Positions 1 through 10,262 are shown, numbered from the stretch's first letter. The stretch: DNA of 64,000 nt from Nitrosopumilaceae archaeon (GCA_965200155.1 CBDATR010000024.1:192001-256000), one strand, 5' to 3'. Program-made: numbers and translations. The notes: generated by a model from the sequence alone, not told the origin.

Positions 1-2
1 TA

Positions 3-485
3 ATGATTGGTAAATTTGAATACAAAGAGATTAACTTTAGTGACATACCTCAAGCTGTAGCAAATGGGACGGTGGATGCCGGTCTTATAATTCACGAGGC
101 CCAGATCACTTTCGAGCAGTATGGTATTGAAAAGATATTGGACACAGGTAAATGGTGGAATGACATAACCGGCGGACTTCCGGTACCGCTGGGAATAAAC
201 GTGATGAAGAGCTCGTTGGGCGCCGATACAATACAAAAGTTTGACGCATATTTACAAGAATCCATACAGTACGGACTGGATCATGCAGCTGATGCCTTAT
301 CATATGCAACAAAATATGGGCGAGATACACCAGAAAAGACACTGGACAGGTTTGTGAAAATGTACGTAAACCCGGTAACAGTAGATATGGGAGACAGAGG
401 GGAAGTATCTATACGAAAACTGTTTGAAATGGCAAAAATGAAAGGGTTGGTATCAGACTTTGATCTCACCATAGCAGATAGGTAA
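3..485 (+). CDS. mqnD: MqnD-like 1,4-dihydroxy-6-naphthoate synthase, 3' part (gene starts before the window)
   Basis: DAGLIIHE, WW...GLPVPLG, SIQYG and FVKMYVN motifs of the MqnA/MqnD family. Confidence 0.8.
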   Translation: MIGKFEYKEINFSDIPQAVANGTVDAGLIIHEAQITFEQYGIEKILDTGKWWNDITGGLPVPLGINVMKSSLGADTIQKFDAYLQESIQYGLDHAADALSYATKYGRDTPEKTLDRFVKMYVNPVTVDMGDRGEVSIRKLFEMAKMKGLVSDFDLTIADR

Positions 486-620
486 CTGGCAAATGCGTAG
501 ACCGTATTCACATAATGTTACACTGTTAGCGTGATGGGGTGTAAGTTTACATGACAAAATAGAGTAGTTTTTGATCATATAGTCCAAGTATTTTTATTAT
601 GATTTGTAGAGTAGATATTT

Positions 621-1013
621 GTGAAAGTGTGGCATGGTGCTGAGCATCTAGCATGTGAAGATGGATACTACATTGTGCTGGAGTCATTAATGCACTATGA
701 GAAAAAACTCAAGGGTTTGATGGCTGGCTCCAATCTTGGCAGCGCCGGAACTTTTGGTATAATAATACGCCAAGCTGCGTCAAAGAGACTCCCATTGGTT
801 CAGGCTACAATCTCATCAGTACAAGAGTTCATGACCGGGGACAAGACGGCAGAATCATTGGCCGAGAACGTATCCACAATAACTAGTGCCTTGGAATGCT
901 ATGAGGCAGACCTAAAAGAAGTACACAGCGAATCCACACAGGCAACAGAAAATAACAAATTGCGATCCATAAGAGAGACTAAAAACAAAATAAACAGCTT
1001 TGAAGACTCATAA
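621..1013 (+). CDS. Hypothetical protein
   Basis: 130-aa ORF with helical composition; no motif recognised. Confidence 0.5.
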   Translation: MKVWHGAEHLACEDGYYIVLESLMHYEKKLKGLMAGSNLGSAGTFGIIIRQAASKRLPLVQATISSVQEFMTGDKTAESLAENVSTITSALECYEADLKEVHSESTQATENNKLRSIRETKNKINSFEDS

Positions 1014-1235
1014 CTTCTTTACATACCAATCCAAGTAGGGAAGCAGCTTTTTACATACAGTGTGACGCTCTTGTGGAGTCACATTTCGGGCTGCATTTAT
1101 CTTTGATCTCAGGTATTCTCTTGTATCGGCGGTACGCAGCTCTTGGCATACCCGATCCAATATATCAAGTAAATCATCTGCGCTCATATTATTAAATTCC
1201 GCTTGTGCTCGACTTACATCACTTATCAATGTCAT
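1008..1235 (-). CDS. Small hypothetical protein
   Basis: 75-aa ORF convergent with the previous gene, ends LLPYLDWY. Confidence 0.55.
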   Translation of the reverse strand: MTLISDVSRAQAEFNNMSADDLLDILDRVCQELRTADTREYLRSKINAARNVTPQERHTVCKKLLPYLDWYVKKL

Positions 1236-1435
1236 AGTAGAGGCATGATATAGGCGCTTTTTTAACTGTAAAGACCGAGTTCTATGCCATTACTTCATAC
1301 AGAAAAGCAGGATACAGGATTGTGCAGAAGACTATATTACTGAGAACAATTCTAATCTGTCTCTTTTTTTGTAATATAATACGAATATGTGGTAATATTC
1401 CAAACTGATATATTTGGAGTGAGCTGATTGAAGAC

Positions 1436-1672
1436 ATGGTGGGGATGTCAGTAATTTTAGTATTTGTAATACCCTCGATTTTTACGGTCACATTTGGCGC
1501 AGCTGTATTGACTGGCGTACTAGGAGAGTTAGATAGGGAACTAAATTTGTGGCCCGGCAACGGCCATGACTCATCGGCACATGGCGTATCCACCATATCG
1601 GTGCTAGGACAGGATGTAGTCCAACACGTAAACGGAGGAGTTCAATTAGGTTATGTCTATTCACCATGGTAA
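1436..1672 (+). CDS. Small membrane/secreted hypothetical protein
   Basis: N-terminal hydrophobic helix then DRELNLWP; stop overlaps the start of the next gene. Confidence 0.55.
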   Translation: MVGMSVILVFVIPSIFTVTFGAAVLTGVLGELDRELNLWPGNGHDSSAHGVSTISVLGQDVVQHVNGGVQLGYVYSPW

Positions 1673-2859
1673 TAAAGGAGGGATATCCGGTGACGGATGG
1701 TGACAAGCAGGAGCCAAAGTCGGCAGAGCAGGACAAGGTATCCCAAACCATACCAGAAAACAAGGATGATGTAAAAGCAGAAGTGGCAAGTACAGACAAG
1801 CAGGAGCCAAAGTCGGCAGAGCAGGACAAGGTATCCCAAACCATACCAGAAAACAAGGATGATGTAAAAGCAGAAGTGGCAAGTACAGACAAGCAGGAGC
1901 CAAAGTCGGCAGAGCAGGACAAGGTATCCCAAACCATACCAGAAAACAAGGATGATGTAAAAGCAGAAGTGGCAAGTACAGACAAGCAGGAGCCAAAGTC
2001 GGCAGAGCAGGACAAGGTATCCCAAACCATACCAGAAAACAAGGATGATGTAAAAGCAGAAGTGGCAAGTACAGACAAGCAGGAGCCAAAGTCGGCAGAG
2101 CAGGACAAGGTATCCCAAACCATACCAGAAAACAAGGATGATGTAAAAGCAGAAGTGGCAAGTACAGACAAGCAGGAGCCAAAGTCGGCAGAGCAGGACA
2201 AGGTATCCCAAACCATACCAGAAAACAAGGATGATGTAAAAGCAGAAGTGGCAAAGGTCGATGCAGTAAATACTGATCAAAAAAGTAAATCCAGCAAGAA
2301 TGCCACCACGGCGAAGAAGCCTGCAAGGACCAGAAAGACAACGACGAAAAAAACTACAAAAACCAAAACAAGGAAAACCACAACAAGGACAAGAAAAAAG
2401 TCCACTAAAAAGTCCGAACCGGACCTTCCCGCCACACTAGAAGAAGAGTTAGCACAACAGCTTACCAACGAGGAAATTGAGAATTTCCAGATAGAAAAAG
2501 TGGATATGGATAGTCTTACAAACAAAGTATGCGATATATTAGTACAGACAGAGTCCAATTCCATGTTACAAGCCAATCTGTACAAAAAACTAAAACTAAG
2601 TCCACGAAACGGGGCTCGTCTATCACTTAAGCTGGAGCGCATGGGAATTATAACTCGGGTAAAGTTAGTAGAGAACGAACGCTGGACGTATAATCTAATA
2701 TTAAAGAAGACTCCGATCAGTACTGTCTCATTAGTAGATGCGCCCTGTCTAATCTGTCCCAAGGAACAACTATGTACCCCCGAGGGAGATATCAGTCCTA
2801 GTACATGTGTGTACATCAAGGATTGGGTAATGGCAGATATTAAACGAAAGTCAGCATGA
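1666..2859 (+). CDS. Winged-helix transcription-regulator-like protein with C-terminal Cys cluster and N-terminal 31-aa repeats
   Basis: LYKKLKLSPRNGARLSLKLERMGII HTH, PCLICP..C..CV cluster, K/T-rich linker; overlaps rlmE start (ATGA). Confidence 0.75.
   Translation: MVIKEGYPVTDGDKQEPKSAEQDKVSQTIPENKDDVKAEVASTDKQEPKSAEQDKVSQTIPENKDDVKAEVASTDKQEPKSAEQDKVSQTIPENKDDVKAEVASTDKQEPKSAEQDKVSQTIPENKDDVKAEVASTDKQEPKSAEQDKVSQTIPENKDDVKAEVASTDKQEPKSAEQDKVSQTIPENKDDVKAEVAKVDAVNTDQKSKSSKNATTAKKPARTRKTTTKKTTKTKTRKTTTRTRKKSTKKSEPDLPATLEEELAQQLTNEEIENFQIEKVDMDSLTNKVCDILVQTESNSMLQANLYKKLKLSPRNGARLSLKLERMGIITRVKLVENERWTYNLILKKTPISTVSLVDAPCLICPKEQLCTPEGDISPSTCVYIKDWVMADIKRKSA
1702..2254 (+). repeat. 93-bp perfect tandem repeat, 5 full copies plus one nearly full
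   Basis: Units start at 1702, 1795, 1888, 1981, 2074, 2167 and encode DKQEPKSAEQDKVSQTIPENKDDVKAEVAST. Confidence 0.97.
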
Positions 2860-3446
2860 ATATTCTAGAGGCGCGCAGGGACCATTATCGTAAACTTGCC
2901 AGAGAACAAGGATACAGGAGCAGGGCTGCATACAAACTCAAGGAGATCAACAAATCATACCGAGTAATAGGGCCAGGATTCTTTGTTCTGGACCTAGGTT
3001 GTGCTCCGGGGGGTTGGACGCAGATGGCCGTAAGACTGGCAGGAAACCGTAGCAAGGTGATGGGCGTAGACACATCATTTGTTGAAGAAATACCAGGTGC
3101 CAGAATAATACGGGCCAGTGTAGACGATGATTTTTTGGTGAACGACATATTGGAATATTTTGGCAGGAAAATCAATGCGGTGATATGCGATATGTCTCCA
3201 AAAGTCACCGGAAACTGGGTTGTAGATCATGCACGACAAATATCTCTGAATTACTCCTGCTCCAAGATAATGGATAAAGTACTAGCGCGTAAGGGCAATG
3301 CAGTATTCAAGGTGTTTGATGGAGAATATTCTGAGGAATTCAGGTTATACATGAACAAAAAATTTGCCAAGACCAAAACTACAAAACCTAAAGCTAGTCG
3401 CAAGTCAAGTAGCGAACTATACTTAGTGTGTCTAGGATTTAATTGA
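2856..3446 (+). CDS. rlmE: 23S rRNA 2'-O-methyltransferase RlmE/FtsJ
   Basis: GYRSRAAYKL, VLDLGCAPGGW, KPKASRKSSSELY. Confidence 0.95.
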   Translation: MNILEARRDHYRKLAREQGYRSRAAYKLKEINKSYRVIGPGFFVLDLGCAPGGWTQMAVRLAGNRSKVMGVDTSFVEEIPGARIIRASVDDDFLVNDILEYFGRKINAVICDMSPKVTGNWVVDHARQISLNYSCSKIMDKVLARKGNAVFKVFDGEYSEEFRLYMNKKFAKTKTTKPKASRKSSSELYLVCLGFN

Positions 3447-4607
3447 AGTCATAACGCTGCACACCTCTTCCATGGACGCATCGGTCCTAAATCCCGAAGG
3501 TGAGAGGGATGTGGGGGACGCATTAAAGCCTAGTTCCCCAAGATACTGTATCATACTTACAAGTCTGGGTGGGCCACCACGTATGCGAGATGCCACTTCG
3601 TCCAGCGTATAGAACGTGGCTGGCAGCGTAGCCTCCTTCCTGCATTTTTCCAGTATGGTGTTATAGCATCCCCCCAGCACATCGTGATCCATACGTAACA
3701 TGCCTGTCACAAATCTCTCATCAAATATACGTCCGACCCACAAGGGGCCCGCGATTCCAGCAATCTCACCACACAGAGAGCAACGAGTCTCCAGCTCACA
3801 AGTGGTGTGACGATATCCACATGCATAGCAGTGCGCAATATACCCCACCATACACTCGCCCGCATTGGGGTGTATAGTGACATATGTCCTGTAATAATGC
3901 ATATGGGATTCCACGTATAGTGGCGCTATACGCTTACCCAACCGCCCTGCTACTGAGCTCATGCACCCCAATATCAGCCGTAGTGCGATCTCCGAACCGT
4001 ATACAGTACGTATGGGGACCCCACCGTATATGCGACGGCATGCTGCACTGTGTACCCCACCCAATACCATCAGATCCGTCGCGGTGAGTGCGATTATGCC
4101 ATCATAAGATGTGGCCCTGAGAGCGCAATCCATATACGGTGCAGGTGAGCCAAATGGATCCACATCTACTATATCACCCCTATTCTCAGGAATGGAATAA
4201 TCAGAGAGGAATCCGCATGCTTCGTCTGTTCTAAATTCTACATTATTCAGTCTATTAAGCACGGATCCACGACGGGCCATCTCTATGCCTTTGGGGTTGA
4301 TATCATTGATGATGACCCTATCAATATCCAATTCTGTGGCAACCCGTAATCCACGAGCCCCGGTTCCCGCCATTGCATCAAGATACGTATGGGGACCTCC
4401 TCCGGACTTTGGGAGAGCTCCGCACACTGCCAAGGTCAGGTCCCTAGTTACCTTGGCGCGGGGATTAAAGAATGCAGGATTTCTTGGAGGAGTGATGCGT
4501 TTAAGCGAGTCCGTAGGAACTATAAGCTGTGTACTGCCCTCCGTGATACGCGTAGTGTCATTCTCCACAATAGTGCTGTCATATTGGTTTAATATAGAGT
4601 CAGGCAT
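3432..4607 (-). CDS. trm1: tRNA (guanine26-N2)-dimethyltransferase
   Basis: AFFNP, DAMAGTGARGLR, DVDPFGSP, LTATD, AGPLWVG, GFRTDA. Confidence 0.93.
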   Translation of the reverse strand: MPDSILNQYDSTIVENDTTRITEGSTQLIVPTDSLKRITPPRNPAFFNPRAKVTRDLTLAVCGALPKSGGGPHTYLDAMAGTGARGLRVATELDIDRVIINDINPKGIEMARRGSVLNRLNNVEFRTDEACGFLSDYSIPENRGDIVDVDPFGSPAPYMDCALRATSYDGIIALTATDLMVLGGVHSAACRRIYGGVPIRTVYGSEIALRLILGCMSSVAGRLGKRIAPLYVESHMHYYRTYVTIHPNAGECMVGYIAHCYACGYRHTTCELETRCSLCGEIAGIAGPLWVGRIFDERFVTGMLRMDHDVLGGCYNTILEKCRKEATLPATFYTLDEVASRIRGGPPRLVSMIQYLGELGFNASPTSLSPSGFRTDASMEEVCSVMTSIKS

Positions 4608-4667
4608 ACGTTTTCACTCATATTGCATTTCACCGCATAATTGAACTGTAAGGAATGGTAGTTATAG

Positions 4668-4759
4668 GTATGAGTTCACCTGTGTCTAAATTTACGCATA
4701 ACTGATCGCGACAGTTAATGTGATTTGTACATAAGATTCTGGAAGACGTGAACTCATAC
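4668..4759. mobile_element. MITE family A (IS66-derived), 92 bp
   Basis: TIR GTATGAGTTCAC/GTGAACTCATAC; 8-bp TSD AGTTATAG. Confidence 0.95.
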
Positions 4760-4982
4760 AGTTATAGTGGACCAGCTTGTCCATATTTTATCGATATAGT
4801 TATCACCTTTTGGTACTTTGTGCACAGATCTTGCAGGAATGATCGCCCGATTCCCCCATAGAACTATGTAATTCCTGTCCTGGTTTGATTTTATTCTGTC
4901 TAAATTTACGCGTAAAGGATCACATCATTACCATGGTGTGTGCGCGATCAGAGTTGTGGACCGGGCTTGACCCACTTGCACA

Positions 4983-5835
4983 TAGCGGTCACCATAAGTC
5001 TTTGAGAACATGGCACCTCGTTCCTGGACGATACATGGCTTTGGCTTGTCACCATTATTCCCGCCCTGACGCCTCCGGTTGGTCGGGAAATGGTTCCCCC
5101 CGGACGACACGCTCTGCCACTCCTACAGGGAAACCGGTTACTAAACGCCGCGTTGATATCGGCGTGAAATTCCTGGTTACATATTGAATGTGTCCCTAGT
5201 TGATCGTGATTTGTTGTCAACGTGTCCACACACGTGATAGGTCTGGCTCGTTGGGCGGGTAAATCGCCCCCTCGTGTATCTCGCTGGCACAGCCACCAAT
5301 TCAATCCCCAGTGCCTCGCACTTTTGTACTACTTTCCGGCGGAACTAGCCTACCCGGTTCTCGCGCATGGAGCGGTTCATTGTTATTTTGTGGTTCTCGC
5401 CATGACTGGTCATTACTTTCGGTGATAAATCCTCTAGTACTACCTTGCCTGCACCTTTGGTGACCGCGCGGACTACTCTATTCATGGAGTCGTTCGCGAT
5501 ATTATTCGCTTTCTGTCGTAGTTGAATGATTTTCTTCTCAATCTTTCGCTTCCTGCGCTTACCTTTTCGCGTTCTAATACTCTGGAGTGCGCTAATCTCC
5601 CGTAATATGGAACAATGTCTCATGTTATGGATCATCGTGTTCCCGTTGGTGTCAGCTGTTACAGCTAGATGTTTCCTGCCGACACCCACGCCGCGAACAA
5701 CGCCGGTCTATGGTTTCTCCCGTATATTGATGTGAATCTCGAATTGACGCTCCCTGCTCTTGTTAACTCGTTCCACTATCTTGAATGAGCGTATGTCCCA
5801 AGAATGATCGATTGGTTTGGTTGTTCTCACCACAC
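4983..5835 (-). pseudogene. tnpB: 3' half of TIR-bounded tnpB element (RuvC-II, Zn finger, RuvC-III, right end), cut by an IS481-like copy
   Basis: GVGRKHLAVTAD, VVLEDL, SQT.HVCGHVD, ADINAA with stops/frameshifts; right TIR TAGCGGTCACCATAAGTCTTTG. Confidence 0.85.
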
Positions 5836-6794
5836 TCAATAGTACGAAAAGTAAGTCCGCTTAGGATCCGGCGTACAGTAGTTCAGATTGCACAAGCCAG
5901 ATGATAAAGAGAATAACAGAGGAATCAAGACAAAAGAGGCGTTGCCGCAACCAATATAGCTCAAGACCTGAAACAAGACACGTACGAAGATTGTGAACCA
6001 GAGGACGGGAACGACTCGAGTAAAGATGGGCAGGCCCATGATACCAATCACCGCTGCCCAGATACGAATGGTAACTGAAGCATATCACAAGGATCCCACC
6101 GGAGTAGTACGTATTGCAAAGAGGCTTAGACAGAATTACAATATATCGCGCAGTATATCGCATAATGAAAAAGAACGGTACGGCAGGATCATCACCTACA
6201 AAGTCAGAGTGGGTACGCTATGAGCGTAAATATTCCAATGCAATGTGGCACTGGCATGTCATGAAAAGATGAGCGCTTCAAGGGACTGAATCTCATAGAT
6301 GATGCATCCAGGTGTATAGTCGGGGTGGCACTATTTGAGCATGCAACCTCAGAGAACGCCACTCTATTACTGAGACTGGCAATGAAACGATTCGGCGCCC
6401 CTGCATCTTGGATAACGGCGCGTGTTTCGTAGGACAATAAAAGGGCAAGAAAAGCTGGAAACCCACTATTCTAGGAAGAACTGCTGGATCAAGACATCAT
6501 ACTAATCAATTCCAGACCATACCACCCGCAGACAAATGGCAAACTGGAGCGCTTCCATGGAATGATTGAGGACGAGGGGACTCTTATTTAAGAGTCCAAT
6601 GAGATATGGCATTATGACAGTCTCCGGGATTATTTAGACTACTACAATGAGAGAAGATTGCACTTCTCACTGGATAGATAACGGCGAGACACCACTCCAG
6701 GAATAAAAAGGCGATCCAGACAATTAGGGCAAATGATGCAAAATGGATGGAGTGAGATGCCAATGACTAGCGGACCGACTTTTCATACATTACA
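5836..6794 (+). mobile_element. IS481-like element copy 1, transposase decayed
   Basis: Ends TCAATAGTACGAAAAGT and ACTTTTCATACATTACA; frameshifted MGRP, WVRYE.KYSNAMWH, DDASR, HPQTNGKLERFH, YYNERRLH. Confidence 0.88.
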
Positions 6795-6883
6795 TTGGTT
6801 GAGCGAAGCGCTTTGTGAATCGTTCCTGCACACGACAAGCCAACTTATAGTTTACAATCACACGCGCCGATTTTTAACAGTTG

Positions 6884-6908
6884 TTGGACCATTCATAGAA
6901 TGGCCCCC
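6884..6908 (-). mobile_element. 25-bp hairpin micro-insertion
   Basis: Minus strand GGGGGCCATTCTATGAATGGTCCAA flanked by CAA on both sides. Confidence 0.7.
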
Positions 6909-7065
6909 TTGATTCTAAGCGCCGATTTCTTAACAGCGCCAAATTGACACACCTGTTCTCAAACCCATGTACCCTTTTTTACACTTCATTCTATGTACCT
7001 ACTTCTTTACAGCGCCCTCAATACACAATAGTGATATATAGCATACATGGGTGGTTGTATTGCCA

Positions 7066-8643
7066 ATGTCTGGAAAGCGCATAGTACTCACCGCAGACAG
7101 AAGTCTCATGACCAACTATCGGGGTAATTTTCTGTATGGATTCATTGCATGTGGTCCCTATGAAGTCCTTCCTGAATGGGTGTTTGACAAGGTGTTCTGT
7201 CCCGCTGTGGAGACGGATACTAAAACTGGTGAGGCCAAGGTGGCACAGGTGGGTCTGCGTAGAGTGGAAGGTGCACTGCTTCAGGGATATGACAAGAAAG
7301 ATGTCTTTGTGGCCAATCCGGACTATCTCACCAATGCCATAGGCCCGGATACTAAAGTAGTTGGAATAAATGTGATGGATCCTTTGGGTATGGCCCCTGT
7401 AACTACCACAATGTCTCCTGAGAAGCTTTCCTATGTGGCAATGAAATTCAAAAAGATGTGCGCGAGCATAATACAGCTAAAGAAAAAATATAATTTTCAT
7501 GTAGTCGTAGGGGGCAACGGCGCATGGGAGCTAGCCAAGTCTGATCGTATGCAGATACACGGTATCGATACGGTGGTGGTAGGTGAGGCCGATGAGTTGG
7601 CACTGGACTTGTTCCACGATTTGGAGCGGGGTGACGCACCAGAATTAATGCACTGCTTTGTAAAGAACATACAGAATATCCCAATAATTCGCGGACCCAC
7701 AGTCAACTCCCTTATAGAGGCCATGCGAGGCTGCGGGCGAGGCTGCGACTTTTGTGATGTCAACAAGCGCTCAAAGAAGGATCTGCCACTAGACCGCCTA
7801 CAAAAGGAGGCTAAGCTGAACTTAGATTATGGCTTTGACTCTATTTGGCTTCATTCTGATGAAATGCTACTATACGGTTGTGACAACCGAGATTTCAGGC
7901 CCAATCGTGATGCCATTACGGAACTTTGGCGCGGCTTGAAGGGTATGGGTGCCAACTTTGTTGGTACTACGCACATGACCTTCTCCGCGGTGGCCGCGGA
8001 CCCGGATCTGATGAGGGAGATATCTATGATAAACCGCCAGCACGAGTCCGGTCGATGGTTGGCCACCAACCTTGGTATCGAGACAGTATCGCCAAAGATG
8101 GTCAAGAGGCATCTGGGTGTAAAGACTCGTCCCTTCTCTGCTGATGAATGGGGAAGCGTTGTTCGGGAGGGTGCCACTGTCCTTAACAAGAATCACTGGT
8201 TCCCTGCCGCAACCATAATAATTGGCTGGCCTGACGAGACACCCGAAGACATTCAGTATACTATAGACATGATGAACGACTTTAGGACTATGGATTTCCG
8301 CGGTCTTGTGGCACCACTCCTGTATCAGGACTTTAGCGAAAAGAACTCCATGCATTTTGGTAACTTAAACGAGGCACAGTTTACCCTATTTTGGAGGTGT
8401 TGGGAGAACAACCTTCGTGTCATTAATGACATAATTCCAATCATACTTCGTAACAAGACCTATGGTCCTCCCATGAAGCTGTTCATGTATGGGATAATAA
8501 AGGCAGGGACGTGGGCAATAATGAGGTATTTGAGGGGGCTGTGTAAGGATCTCTTTAACGGGAGAACTCCTGATGACATTATAGAAAAATACTCTAGAAG
8601 CAGATCCGTCTCGGCACCAAAGATACAGACAAAGAAGCTCTAG
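7066..8643 (+). CDS. B12-binding radical SAM protein, GDGT ring synthase (Grs)-like
   Basis: CGRGCDFC motif; N-terminal IVLTADR, DPLG and VVGG.GAWEL pattern recalled from Grs-type enzymes; ATG at 7066 preferred over GTG at 7051. Confidence 0.75.
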   Translation: MSGKRIVLTADRSLMTNYRGNFLYGFIACGPYEVLPEWVFDKVFCPAVETDTKTGEAKVAQVGLRRVEGALLQGYDKKDVFVANPDYLTNAIGPDTKVVGINVMDPLGMAPVTTTMSPEKLSYVAMKFKKMCASIIQLKKKYNFHVVVGGNGAWELAKSDRMQIHGIDTVVVGEADELALDLFHDLERGDAPELMHCFVKNIQNIPIIRGPTVNSLIEAMRGCGRGCDFCDVNKRSKKDLPLDRLQKEAKLNLDYGFDSIWLHSDEMLLYGCDNRDFRPNRDAITELWRGLKGMGANFVGTTHMTFSAVAADPDLMREISMINRQHESGRWLATNLGIETVSPKMVKRHLGVKTRPFSADEWGSVVREGATVLNKNHWFPAATIIIGWPDETPEDIQYTIDMMNDFRTMDFRGLVAPLLYQDFSEKNSMHFGNLNEAQFTLFWRCWENNLRVINDIIPIILRNKTYGPPMKLFMYGIIKAGTWAIMRYLRGLCKDLFNGRTPDDIIEKYSRSRSVSAPKIQTKKL

Positions 8644-8969
8644 GAATCCGTAATCTCTGCTAATGCCTTGTCGGCTATTGTGTGACGTTTTGGCGTAAGT
8701 ACAATAAAGTAAATCTTGTCTGCCCGCTCTATGGATTGAACACTATGGTACTCGTTGGCTGATACATCAAACTCATACGTACCAGATTCTATCGTGCCCT
8801 TGGCATATACCATGAGAAAATTCTCTGTTAACGCGCCCAACGGTATGAATGACATTGTATGACCTTTGTAACAATTTATGGGTAGCGTATTTTTCATTGG
8901 GGCAGCCGCGGAGGCCAAAAACATAAAGACATCCTCTATACTGGAAAATTCCTCGTATTCTATATTCAT
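8640..8969 (-). CDS. Hypothetical protein
   Basis: 109-aa ORF directly downstream of the CFI-box gene on the same strand. Confidence 0.7.
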   Translation of the reverse strand: MNIEYEEFSSIEDVFMFLASAAAPMKNTLPINCYKGHTMSFIPLGALTENFLMVYAKGTIESGTYEFDVSANEYHSVQSIERADKIYFIVLTPKRHTIADKALAEITDS

Positions 8970-8990
8970 GAATGAGAAAGTTTGTGCTCA

Positions 8991-10091
8991 CTATAATAAT
9001 CTATTATGTCTCTGAACGTGCCCGTATGCCTTGTATGCTACAAGTGCTGGCGCGCCTACATACATCATTGCATTCAGGGCTATGACCAGCATACCCCATC
9101 CTAATACCGATGCATCAGAGCCTTCCTCTGCCAAGTCCATGATGGATAGAGTGGTGAGCATGGGTGTAATGCCAACTTGTACCAATTCCCTGAATACTGG
9201 GTTCTGTCGTTCCATGTCTGCTATGGGTGGTGATATGGCATAGTATAGAGTGTTAAATCCGCCCATAAACGCGGAGCCAACCTCGGTACTCATTACCGTA
9301 TTGTCTCTGACTTCCCGCAAGAATTGTACTTGTGGGGCCATCTCTGTTCCAAAGGCTGCAGTGGCAATTAGACAAGAACCGGACCCTTGTGCTGGCTCAC
9401 TGATGGGGACGCATGATCCGTCAACAAGCTCTGTACCATCCCCGCACGTCAATGGTTGTGGCTCGGTTTCCTGCTCTGGTGGCGGGGGTATGACAACGGG
9501 CTCCTCTATGATCTTACAAACTCCGTCAACAAGCTCTGTACCCTCTTCACATACTGGCTCTATCACCACTGGCTCCTCTACTACAGGTTCCGGTATTATC
9601 TGACAAACTCCGTCAACAAGCTCTGTACCCTCGCCGCACATTGGTACCGGTTCCGGTATTATCTGACAAACTCCGTCAACAAGCTCTGTACCCTCTTCAC
9701 ATACTGGCTCATCTGATACGTATGATACAATCAATTCGGTAGTGGTAGTTAGGTATGCGACTCGCACTGTATAATCTCCGCTCTCTTTCCACTGTGTGCC
9801 GCCTGTTGTTATGGAAAACGAATAGTCACCATTGGAATCTGGCAGAACTTGAGTCACACTAACTCTATTCCCAATGGGATTCAACACTTGGACGGTTATG
9901 GCTCCCATGAATTCGGAGTCTATATCCTTGATGGTACCGGAGATGGTAATCATGTCCATGCCCCGGAATGAGTCTTTGTCCGCTTCTGCAGTTATGGGGG
10001 GTATATTGTGCTCATCCGCCCAAACCACACTCATCGAAGATGTCACTATAACAACTGCAAGCAATGCTACCGCAGCCTTCATGTTTGCCAT
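8991..10091 (-). CDS. Secreted CFI-box-CTERM protein with CxEGTELVDGxC repeats
   Basis: Signal peptide, Ig-like domain, four Cys repeats, SCLIATAAFGTEMAPQVQFLREVRDN, C-terminal TM. Confidence 0.88.
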   Translation of the reverse strand: MANMKAAVALLAVVIVTSSMSVVWADEHNIPPITAEADKDSFRGMDMITISGTIKDIDSEFMGAITVQVLNPIGNRVSVTQVLPDSNGDYSFSITTGGTQWKESGDYTVRVAYLTTTTELIVSYVSDEPVCEEGTELVDGVCQIIPEPVPMCGEGTELVDGVCQIIPEPVVEEPVVIEPVCEEGTELVDGVCKIIEEPVVIPPPPEQETEPQPLTCGDGTELVDGSCVPISEPAQGSGSCLIATAAFGTEMAPQVQFLREVRDNTVMSTEVGSAFMGGFNTLYYAISPPIADMERQNPVFRELVQVGITPMLTTLSIMDLAEEGSDASVLGWGMLVIALNAMMYVGAPALVAYKAYGHVQRHNRLL

Positions 10092-10262
10092 GCTATTGCC
10101 TGAACTTATTTGTATTTAAACGCATTTTTGTTTGTGACTGCTGTGTAATTTCTTATATGCCGGTACATATAGACTGTGTTCTTCATACATGCGCATGGGT
10201 TCACATACGTCTGAATTTACGAACAGTAGATCTGCCAATTTACTGCAACAGTTTTATTTGAA

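Noticed and set aside
1702-2254. 93-bp repeat as a CRISPR array
   Set aside because: No unique spacers; it is an in-frame coding tandem repeat.
1488-2341. Three long minus-strand ORFs with repeated peptides
   Set aside because: Antisense shadows of the stop-free 93-bp tandem repeat.
4885-5425. Recurring short ORFs such as MNWWLCQRD and MSTHVIGLA
   Set aside because: Off-frame or antisense pieces of the duplicated tnpB pseudogene.
9400-9715. CCGTCAACAAGCTCTGTACC repeated four times, superficially like the 37-bp units
   Set aside because: These encode the in-frame CxEGTELVDGxC repeats of the CFI-box protein; lengths vary and intervals are homologous.
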